This document shows, piece by piece, positions 10,700-18,147 of a stretch of 64,000 bases of DNA. The notes under the pieces were generated by a model. That model was not told where the DNA came from. It worked only from the letters and a program-made list of their open reading frames with translations, and ran no database searches. Position 1 is the stretch's first letter. Each line of letters begins with the position of its first letter. The position numbers and the translations under genes were made by a program. The DNA is from Candidatus Multivoradales bacterium. Lineage in GTDB: Bacteria; Acidobacteriota; Thermoanaerobaculia; Multivoradales; J023. The stretch lies in the NCBI GenBank assembly GCA_965248925.1, contig CBDFLE010000006.1:4288001-4352000 (forward strand). Reading direction: 5' to 3'.

Positions 10700-10873
10700 G
10701 CCGGCAGCGGCTGGGCAGCGGTGGAGTCCCGTGAAGGCCATCTCTAAGATGATGCTCCCGGCGGTGCCTTGATCGTCGCTCGTGATGGCTGACTTGATGC
10801 GGTGCGAGGATCGAGGCTTCCTGATGTCGTCTGGCCTTCACGGAACTCAACCGCTACCGGTGCCGCTGACAGA
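10700..10873 (-). ncRNA. Putative sigma54-dependent hairpin ncRNA (unit C)
   Basis: 27-bp stem, 10832-10858 with 10714-10740 (2 G-U pairs and 1 mismatch on the minus strand), directly downstream of a -24/-12 box. No credible ORF. Confidence 0.6.
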
Positions 10874-10884
10874 AGTGGTTTAGA

Positions 10885-10899
10885 GCAAGCGCGGTGCCA
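10885..10899 (-). promoter_or_regulatory. Sigma54 promoter TGGCACCGCGCTTGC
   Basis: Matches TGGCAC-N5-TTGC with GG-N10-GC spacing. Confidence 0.8.
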
Positions 10900-11017
10900 G
10901 GCTCTACGAGCGAGTAGCAGGTTTTTCCAAGGATTCTTGTATTTGCTGTAGCAAAAGGGGTTGTAGCTTTGTCTGATTTTCGGAGAGCAGCCTGACCTGG
11001 TCTGAAGCCGGCTTTTC

Positions 11018-11078
11018 TGTCCGCCAGCGGTCAGTCAGGTGACCCGCAGCGGTCAACCGCTGACCGCTCGCGAGGTCA
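11018..11078. promoter_or_regulatory. Enhancer (UAS) palindromes TGWCCG-N4-CGGWCA for a sigma54 activator
   Basis: TGTCCGccagCGGTCA 11018-11033 and TGACCCgcagCGGTCA 11040-11055, plus a degenerate copy at 11061-11078; ~120-140 bp upstream of the -24 box. Confidence 0.6.
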
Positions 11079-11089
11079 AGGCCAGGGCG

Positions 11090-11555
11090 GTTGCAGAAGG
11101 CAGCGGCTGTGGAGAAAGTAGGTGGCGAGCGGAAAGGGAGAGGCGAGAAGTAGCCGGGGATGGCGACCGAGAGATCGCTAGCGGTAGACTCCGCGAAGAT
11201 CAGTTAATAGAGGATGGACCGGCCGCCTGAGCTGACGTGGTGTGCTGACTTAGAGGATGCTCAAGCGGCGCTGTTGAAAAGATCTTCGCGGAGCCCTGTC
11301 GCCGGCAGTGCTCGTTTGACCGGCAGCGACGGAGATCCGTGAAGGTCGTCCCGATGTCGATGTCCGCTCGCGAGGTCGCCGCCTTGGTGCGCTGACGTGA
11401 TGATAGGCGACTCTCGCGATCTACCGTGGTACTCGGTGGTGAGCCGGGTTCGCCGGGCCGCCCTTCGTGGTGCAGGACTGGATGTCTAGGTCGACCCGTG
11501 GCAGTTTGCTGCGAGACCTTCAAGGAACTCCGTCGCTACTGGTTCCGTTCACTCT
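11090..11555 (-). ncRNA. Putative sigma54-dependent ncRNA with two homologous long hairpins (units A and B)
   Basis: 29-bp stem 11515-11543/11319-11347. Second stem 11281-11306/11177-11201 with a perfect 13-bp core and inner stem 11259-11269/11222-11232. Both stems are homologous to unit C. The 3' end is a guess. Confidence 0.6.
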
Positions 11556-11566
11556 CCAGAACTAAT

Positions 11567-11581
11567 GCAAGCTAGATGCCA
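11567..11581 (-). promoter_or_regulatory. Sigma54 promoter TGGCATCTAGCTTGC
   Basis: -24/-12 consensus with GG-N10-GC spacing. AT-rich IHF-like tract (minus-strand TTTCAATTGTTTA) at ~11621-11633. Confidence 0.8.
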
Positions 11582-11683
11582 GCTTGGCGGACATTGCCAT
11601 GTCAGCCTGATATTTTGCTGTAAACAATTGAAACTAAGACATTTACTGAATTGTTCAGAAAAAAATAACCTGGCTTGTACTGG

Positions 11684-11739
11684 TGACCGTGGGCGGTCGC
11701 TGCTCGCTAGCGGACAGCCTGGGTGACCGTTAGCGGACA
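11684..11739. promoter_or_regulatory. Enhancer (UAS) palindromes TGWCCG-N4-CGGWCA
   Basis: TGACCGtgggCGGTCG 11684-11699, TGCTCGctagCGGACA 11701-11716, TGACCGttagCGGACA 11724-11739. Confidence 0.6.
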
Positions 11740-11778
11740 GCGGCGGGCGGGCGGTGGTTGAACCGGGACTAGGGAAGC

Positions 11779-13695
11779 TCAGCTAGGGCCGGGGAGCAGG
11801 CCGAAGCGTTCCATGCGGCGGCGCAGCTTCTGTCTCGATATGGCGAGCAGCTTAGCTGCTTGCACCTGGTTGCCGTCGCAGCGCCGTAGCGCCTCGCGTA
11901 CCGCGCGTTGTTCGAGATCTTCTAGCTCGAGGGAGTCCAGTGCTAGTAGTTCTGGACGCGGCTCGCCGTCGCTGGCCGCAGGCGGTGAGGCAGACAGGTC
12001 GAGGGCGCGCGCCGCAGAATCTCCCAGGACGGGGCGAGGGGCGTTCTCGAGCACTGCTTTCGACAGCATCGAAGAGTCGATGGCGGCACCGTCGTGACAG
12101 AGATAGACCAGGCGGCGGACCTCGTTTTCGAGTTCGCGGACATTGCCAGGCCAAGGGAAGTCCACCAGCTGGCGCAGAGCACGCACGGTCAGGCCGCGCA
12201 CCCGCTTGCCGAGGGAACGCGAGCAATCGCGCAGAAAATGCTCGACCAACGCTGGGATGTCCTCGGGCCGATCACCGAGGGGCGGAACGTCGAGCACCCA
12301 CCCGGCCAGGCGGTAGTAGAGGTCGGCGCGAAAGCTGCCGGCCTCAATGCGCTTGGCCAGTTCTTGGTTGGTGGCGGCTAGGACCCGCACATCGATCTTG
12401 ATCGGTCGCATGCCGAGGGGGGTGACCTCTTTCTCCTGCAAGGCTCGCAGCAGCTTGGCCTGAAGACCGGCCGACATGTCGCCGATCTCATCGAGAAACA
12501 GGGTGCCGCCGTCGGCTTCTTGGAAGCGGCCACGGCGTTTTCTGACCCCGGAGGCAACCCCTTCGCCGATGCCGAAAAGCTCTGATTCGAGCAGTTCGGC
12601 AGGAATGGCGGCGCAATTGATAGCCACGAAGGGCTGTTGCCGACGGGGCGAAGAGCGGTGCAGAATCTGCGCCAGATACTCCTTGCCGACGCCGGTGTCG
12701 CCGATGATCAGCACCGGCAGGTCGCCGCGGGCCAGGCTCTCCATCAGGCGGTAAATCCGGCGCATCGCCGCCGACTGTCCGAAGACGAATCCCGCCGGCA
12801 CCACCAGGCTCGGAAAACCGGTGTTCACCGTCGGCTGGTGAACTTCGCCGGGCTGTGGCCGGAAGCGGTCCACAAGCCTCACCACCAGGCGTAGCAGGGG
12901 TTCGCTCTCGCTGCGACCGGCGAAGCTGCCCCACAATGCCAAGGCCAGGGGGGCGGCGTCTTGAGGGGTTAGCAAGACCAGGCTGAGGGGCGCTCCGGCG
13001 GTCGGGTTGAGCAATTCGAAAGCGATAGCATCGGCCTTGGTGGTGGCGTCGGCGAAAGCATGCGGCAGCGCCTCTTGCAGGCTTTCCATGGCGTCGTCGT
13101 CGACCTGGCCGGCGGCGGCGAGGACGATAGGCCGCTCCTCGGCCGGTAGCTCTAGCAGACAGGTGCCACGCAGTTGTAACTCGCTGATCAGCAGCCGCAC
13201 AACGGCGCTGAAATGGCCATCCGGACCCTCCGGCATCTCGGTCACCAATGCTTCGACCAGTTGCAGCCAATGTCGGGTGAGGGCGTCGGCTATGCTGCTG
13301 GTGACCAGCGGTGTCTCGCGTCGCAGTACCGCGGAACTCCGGTCGAGGGGTGGGTAGTCAAGAGCGATGGCGAGTTCGGCGTCTTCGCTGTCCAGCTCTT
13401 CAAGAGTCAGCTCGACAGGGCCAAAACGCAGCTGATCGCCCGGTCGGGCGGTAGCCTGCTCGATGCGTCGCTCATTGAGGTAGGTGCCGTTCTTGCTGCC
13501 CAGATCTTCGACCTGCAACTGGTCGATGCCGAGTGTCAGCCGGGCATGCTGCCTGGAGACGCCAGCGGCACTGAGCACGATTTCGTTCGACGGCAAGCTG
13601 CCGACGCCGTTGGTTGAGCCGAGGACGAAAGAATGCTCACTATCTTGCACTAGGCCGCGCAGGCAGTAGCTGATCTGTGAGGTGGTTGTCGCCAT
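11779..13695 (-). CDS. FHA-domain sigma54 enhancer-binding protein
   Basis: FHA motifs (VSRQHA, DLGSKNGT), AAA+ motifs (GDTGVGKE, ESELFG, GVASGV loop, WPGNVREL), C-terminal Fis HTH. Confidence 0.92.
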   Translation of the reverse strand: MATTTSQISYCLRGLVQDSEHSFVLGSTNGVGSLPSNEIVLSAAGVSRQHARLTLGIDQLQVEDLGSKNGTYLNERRIEQATARPGDQLRFGPVELTLEELDSEDAELAIALDYPPLDRSSAVLRRETPLVTSSIADALTRHWLQLVEALVTEMPEGPDGHFSAVVRLLISELQLRGTCLLELPAEERPIVLAAAGQVDDDAMESLQEALPHAFADATTKADAIAFELLNPTAGAPLSLVLLTPQDAAPLALALWGSFAGRSESEPLLRLVVRLVDRFRPQPGEVHQPTVNTGFPSLVVPAGFVFGQSAAMRRIYRLMESLARGDLPVLIIGDTGVGKEYLAQILHRSSPRRQQPFVAINCAAIPAELLESELFGIGEGVASGVRKRRGRFQEADGGTLFLDEIGDMSAGLQAKLLRALQEKEVTPLGMRPIKIDVRVLAATNQELAKRIEAGSFRADLYYRLAGWVLDVPPLGDRPEDIPALVEHFLRDCSRSLGKRVRGLTVRALRQLVDFPWPGNVRELENEVRRLVYLCHDGAAIDSSMLSKAVLENAPRPVLGDSAARALDLSASPPAASDGEPRPELLALDSLELEDLEQRAVREALRRCDGNQVQAAKLLAISRQKLRRRMERFGLLPGPS

Positions 13696-13745
13696 CTAAA
13701 TCTGGTATTTGGATCTCAGCCGCCAAGCCGACTCGCTCGGCCGAT

Positions 13746-13765
13746 TGTAACCGCATGCGGTTACA
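13746..13765. promoter_or_regulatory. Perfect 20-bp palindrome TGTAACCGCATGCGGTTACA, probable operator
   Basis: Exact dyad in the divergent intergenic region between the FHA activator and the methyltransferase. Confidence 0.55.
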
Positions 13766-13835
13766 GCTCGATCGGCGATCGGATTCAAGGCCGGTGGTGA
13801 GATTCAGGTAGGGTGCGTCGAGGAGATCGCCAACC

Positions 13836-14558
13836 ATGAGTCTACCCTCTTGGGAGCCCCTCGGCAGGGCTCTCGAAGCATATCTCGCCGGGGATATGGC
13901 AGCTGCCGTCGAGGTGCGCCTCGAAGGCGGCCGTCGCAGTACCCTGCCGGCGACTGAGTTGTTTCGCCAAGACGGTTTTCCCGCCGCCGAAAGCGCGGCC
14001 CTCGAGGTAGTCCGTGGCCGGGTGCTCGACGCTGGAGCTGGCGCTGGCAGTCATACATTGGAGCTGCAACAGCGGGGCTTGGAGGTCTTGGCGCTCGACC
14101 TGTCGCCGCGGGCGGTCGCAGTGATGCGGCGGCGAGGGGTGAGGGATGCCCGCTGCGGTGATCTCGAAACCCTGCGCGAGCAGCGCTTCGATACCATTTT
14201 GCTGATGATGAACGGCCTCGGCCTAGCTGGTGACCTAGGCGGACTCGACCGTCTGTTGGTTCAATCCCACGGCTTGTTGCGCGCCGGTGGGGCGCTGGTG
14301 TTCGACGCTTGTGACCTACGCTCTACCGACGACCCGATTGAAACACGGTTGATCGAAGAGCGCCGCCGCGCCGGGCGTTACTTTGGCGAAGTGATTTTCC
14401 AGATGGGTTGGCGAGGTGTGTGGGGTGCTCCCTTCCCCTGGTTGTTTGTCGATGCCGCCACCTTGCGTTACCGGGCGCGGCGGGCGGGTTGGCACACCCA
14501 GGTGATTTATCAGGAAGCAGAAGGTGCCTTTGCCGCTCGTTTGTTGCCGCGTTGGTAG
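13836..14558 (+). CDS. Class I SAM-dependent methyltransferase
   Basis: VLDAGAGAG, ALDLS, FDTILLMMNG. Confidence 0.9.
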   Translation: MSLPSWEPLGRALEAYLAGDMAAAVEVRLEGGRRSTLPATELFRQDGFPAAESAALEVVRGRVLDAGAGAGSHTLELQQRGLEVLALDLSPRAVAVMRRRGVRDARCGDLETLREQRFDTILLMMNGLGLAGDLGGLDRLLVQSHGLLRAGGALVFDACDLRSTDDPIETRLIEERRRAGRYFGEVIFQMGWRGVWGAPFPWLFVDAATLRYRARRAGWHTQVIYQEAEGAFAARLLPRW

Positions 14559-14597
14559 AGATCGCAGAATGACTGCTTGGTCGCTTGAGCACCTTCA

Positions 14598-14634
14598 GAT
14601 CAAGTTGTTGGCCGATGATCAAGTTGTTGGCCGA
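14598..14634. repeat. Tandem direct repeat GATCAAGTTGTTGGCCGA x2
   Basis: Copies at 14598-14615 and 14617-14634. Confidence 0.8.
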
Positions 14635-14665
14635 AGCGTCTTCCGTATTTAGTGTTTGGCGCGGA

Positions 14666-14792
14666 GGCACTCTCAGGCTGAGCTCCGACGTGGCAGAGGA
14701 GCCCGCTGGACGAGCCCGCTCCAATATCCAGCGGCTACCGATTCTCGCCTGAGATCATCAGCCACGCCGTGTGGCTCTGCTACCGTTCAGCC
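14666..14792 (+). pseudogene. IS6-family left-end remnant
   Basis: GGCACTCTCAGGCTGAG resembles IS6 inverted repeats (GGCACTGT...). 14730-14786 translates SGYRFSPEIISHAVWLCYR, matching the IS6 transposase N-terminus pattern (RFPxEII.HAVWLY.RF). Confidence 0.6.
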
Positions 14793-15613
14793 GCCGGTTC
14801 TTCTATCATCACGCCTAGCTCATCGAGCAAGGTGCCGGTGGCGCGCTGAAAAGCGATCAGTTGGCGGCGGTGATTGGTTACCGCGACGACCTCGCGCTGG
14901 CGGGCTCCGGCCAGATCTTCTTGGATGCGTAGCAGGGTGAAACTTGACGATAGGCCATTTTCGTAACGTTTTTGCTCGGCTTCCAGGTTGCGGCGGGTCA
15001 GTTCGCTGGCTAGTTGGGCGGAGTCGATCCGCTGCTGCGCGGTGAGCACCGCGCGGGCGGTCCGACGGACGTTGGCGCGGATCGCCCGGTGCAGTTCTTC
15101 TAGTTCTAGCTGTCCGCGCTCGACGGCCAATTCGGCGCGAGCGTGACGCGCTCGCGCCGCACGATTGCGTAGCGGGTACGACAGGGTCAGGCCAACATTC
15201 CAACCGTCAAAGTCGCCATCGAGCACTTGCTGGATGGCCCCGGCATTGCCTTCTTGTTCGAGCACCAGGTCTGGATCGTTGGGGGTGCCGCTGATGCCAC
15301 TAAATTGGTAGGAAGCATCCAGGTCGAGCTGTGGCCAGCGCTGGCGACGCTCGACTCGCTGGTCGAGGTGGCGGTTCTCCAAGGCCAGCTGTTGGCTGAG
15401 TACCTCGGGCCGTAGCTTGAGCGCCTGTGCAATAGCTGATTTGGTGTCAATCTCGACAAAGCTCGCCTTGGGCTCGGAAATTGGTAACAGCTCTGCATCC
15501 CACAGCGGGCCGGGTTCGAAGCTGAGGAGTTCGCGCAGCAGATCCTGTTGATCGTCGACCAGAGCAGCGAATTGGATGGTGTCTTCCTCGCGCTGGGCAA
15601 CTCCGGCCTGACT

Positions 15614-18144
15614 CCAGAACTCCTGACATACCCTTTTTCTCAAATGTCCGGTTGAGCCTCTCCGGAGGTGTTCCGAGGCCCTGGGAAGGCCAGGCTCCGG
15701 GGTGGCGCCTTCTTGATCGCGAACCGCATCCGTAGCTCGGTGCCGGGGAAGTGGGTGGCGGTAGCGTTGAGTTCTTCGCAGACGGCGGCGATCGCCGCCG
15801 TCTTGTGGGGAGAGCTGAGCGGGTCGATGGAAAGGAGCAGCACGGTGTCGGTAACCTCCATATCGCCGCCGGCCGCGAAAGCGCTTTGGATCAGGGTGCG
15901 TCCCTCCTGCTCGGTGCGGCGGTAGTGGGGTGATAGGAGCCGGAGAAGATCACCTTCGGCCTGGTAGGCGACCATCTTGAGAATATCGGTGAGGTGCTTG
16001 CGCTCGACGGACAGCTTGATGACATCCGCTTCGACGACCTCTTGGACGGGGACGCGGACGGGGAGGGTCGCGCGCTGGTTCTCGAGTTCGGTGATCTGCT
16101 CTATCGCTGCCCGGACCCTGGCGGAGATGGCGGCGTTGGCGATCTTGAATCCGCGCATCGTGCGCCGCCGATCCTCGCGGTTTTCAAGAGCAGCGATCCC
16201 GATGTGGGCCCGGAGCTGCTCGAGATGTGCGTGAGCTTTGCGCAGCTCTGCATTGATCTTGCCGCGCTCGGGATTCGGCACATCGCGGGCGGCGTCCGCT
16301 GGCTCGGTGCCATAGTCCACCAGGGCATCGAGTGCGAATTCTTCGCGCAGGTATTTGAAGAAGTTCTCTTGCCTCCAACGATCGAACATGCGGTAGGCGA
16401 CCTCGAGTGTGGAGAGGTCGCGGCGGGAGGTGATGATGGACGTCTGGTGGCCGTTGTCGCAGAGGCGGGTGACCTGGCGCAGGTACAGCCGCTTGCGCTT
16501 CTTCCTCGGGCCATACTCGAGGTAGATACGCTGATCGGCGAGGAGGTACTCGAGCTTCCGACCGTGGATCGTGTCCTTGATCTGCCCGAACTTGCTCAAC
16601 GGCACCGGACGAAAGGGGGCCTTTCGGTATGTGAGGATGTCGAACTTCTTGGCGATGAGCTTCGCAAACAGCTTCGGGCTCCAACCCCCACGGTCGAAGA
16701 CGACGGTGACTCGCCGGTCTCCGAGTAGCTTTCGTACCTCTTCGAGAATGAGGGGAAGCATCGTCGCAAGCCCCTTGTTGGCCTCGGTGGGGACCACGAA
16801 GAGAGGCTCGCTCTCAGCATCGTTGACCCAGTAGTCGGTGGTGGCCGGCATCGCGATCCGCATCCGCGCTACGTGTGTCTTGGGAATCTCTCGGCCACCG
16901 TGGTAGGCGCGCACATGCCCGTCCACGTAGAGGAAGCCCATGGCATGGCCCCTGGTGGCGACCCGGCGCTGAGCGAGGGCGCGACCGAGATCCGCGGCCA
17001 GGCCATGCGCGGCCAGCCGAGCGAGCTTGTTGCGCAAGGTTTTCACTTCCGGCGCTCGGTCGAGCCCGAGAAGCTGACCCAAATGCCGGGGTGAGCGCTC
17101 CTTGAGCCCTTCGGGTCGCTTGACCCGCAACAGTGCCATCAGCAGCAGGGTTACCAGAGTGGTGCGCAGCCCATAGAAGGCCGGCCCGATGCTGCCGTAC
17201 AGCTCCTGCGCGATGGAGAGCACGCCGCTGTCCACCAGGGCGGGAATCGCCAGCAGAGCACCGGCGCCCGGTAGCTGGGTCGCCGCTCCGAAGATCGGCG
17301 CCGCATCATCGAGGAATCCCAGCCTCGCCAGCAGCCGATCGCTGGCGCGATCCGCTGGATCGAGGTCCAGCGAGAGGGGAACCTGATCTTGCTCGGACGC
17401 AGAAGCGGACAGTTTTGGGTCCGCAGCCGCTGGGTCACCGCCACCCTCAGCGTCGAGCGCAAGATCCGCAGTTTTCAGGGGGCCGTCGACCTGCTGCTCA
17501 TCAGAGGCGGACAGTTTTGGGTCCGCACTCTCGAAGGGCATCGTCATCTGCACTACCGACCGCTCTTTCCAGCCCAGGCGCTTGGCGAGCTTGCGAACGG
17601 CCTTCTCATCGATGCCCAGCCGCCGGCCAATCTCGCGATTCGACACACCCTCGGCCTTCCAGCCGTTGACCGCGTCCAGGCGGCCCTGCGCTACCCGAGA
17701 CTGACCCCGGGGAAAACCGCGCGGCCGGCCCAGAGCAGCCAGCCCACCTTCTTCGAAGCGGCGCTGATTCCGGCGCACAGTCCGCACATCACAAGCGAAC
17801 GCAAGGGCCACCTCGCGTTGCTGTGCCCAGCCCAATTCAACGAGACTCACCATCGCGTGGGCCTCGCCTGTCCTGTCGCCGGCAGCGAAGTGAGCGAGCG
17901 GCATGCCGCTGACCACCACCACCCGATAGCCGCCCCTCTGCTGGAGGCGGCAGCGGTCGTTGATCACCACAACCCCATCGGGGACCCCGGCGTGGTCTGG
18001 GAACAGGACGGTGTGCTCGCTCGTCAGTGCCATGCTCGATCATGCCTCGGCACCGAAAAAAGCGGACAGTTTTGGGTCCGCACCACCTCTGAGGGGCGGT
18101 CCTGTGTTTTCAGAGGGTTAGGAGGGGTAGGTCAGGAGGTCTGG
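15614..18144 (-). mobile_element. IS element copy 1 (2531 bp, 20-bp imperfect terminal IRs, 3-bp ACT flanks)
   Basis: Ends CCAGAACTCCTGACATACCC and GGGTAGGTCAGGAGGTCTGG; ACT at 15611-13 and 18145-47. Confidence 0.93.
15640..18033 (-). CDS. DDE transposase with N-terminal HTH (797 aa)
   Basis: HTH motifs, YVDGH, VFDRGG, MFDRWRQENFFK (IS4-superfamily-like R-x3-E-x2-F-K). Confidence 0.9.
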   Translation of the reverse strand: MALTSEHTVLFPDHAGVPDGVVVINDRCRLQQRGGYRVVVVSGMPLAHFAAGDRTGEAHAMVSLVELGWAQQREVALAFACDVRTVRRNQRRFEEGGLAALGRPRGFPRGQSRVAQGRLDAVNGWKAEGVSNREIGRRLGIDEKAVRKLAKRLGWKERSVVQMTMPFESADPKLSASDEQQVDGPLKTADLALDAEGGGDPAAADPKLSASASEQDQVPLSLDLDPADRASDRLLARLGFLDDAAPIFGAATQLPGAGALLAIPALVDSGVLSIAQELYGSIGPAFYGLRTTLVTLLLMALLRVKRPEGLKERSPRHLGQLLGLDRAPEVKTLRNKLARLAAHGLAADLGRALAQRRVATRGHAMGFLYVDGHVRAYHGGREIPKTHVARMRIAMPATTDYWVNDAESEPLFVVPTEANKGLATMLPLILEEVRKLLGDRRVTVVFDRGGWSPKLFAKLIAKKFDILTYRKAPFRPVPLSKFGQIKDTIHGRKLEYLLADQRIYLEYGPRKKRKRLYLRQVTRLCDNGHQTSIITSRRDLSTLEVAYRMFDRWRQENFFKYLREEFALDALVDYGTEPADAARDVPNPERGKINAELRKAHAHLEQLRAHIGIAALENREDRRRTMRGFKIANAAISARVRAAIEQITELENQRATLPVRVPVQEVVEADVIKLSVERKHLTDILKMVAYQAEGDLLRLLSPHYRRTEQEGRTLIQSAFAAGGDMEVTDTVLLLSIDPLSSPHKTAAIAAVCEELNATATHFPGTELRMRFAIKKAPPRSLAFPGPRNTSGEAQPDI

Positions 18145-18147
18145 ACT

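Noticed and set aside
10359-11523. ORFs 11200-11523 and 10359-10850 (-) starting in or near the hairpin 5' arms
   Set aside because: The proteins are unrelated beyond a residue or two, and one overlaps the response regulator out of frame. Conservation follows base pairing, not codons.
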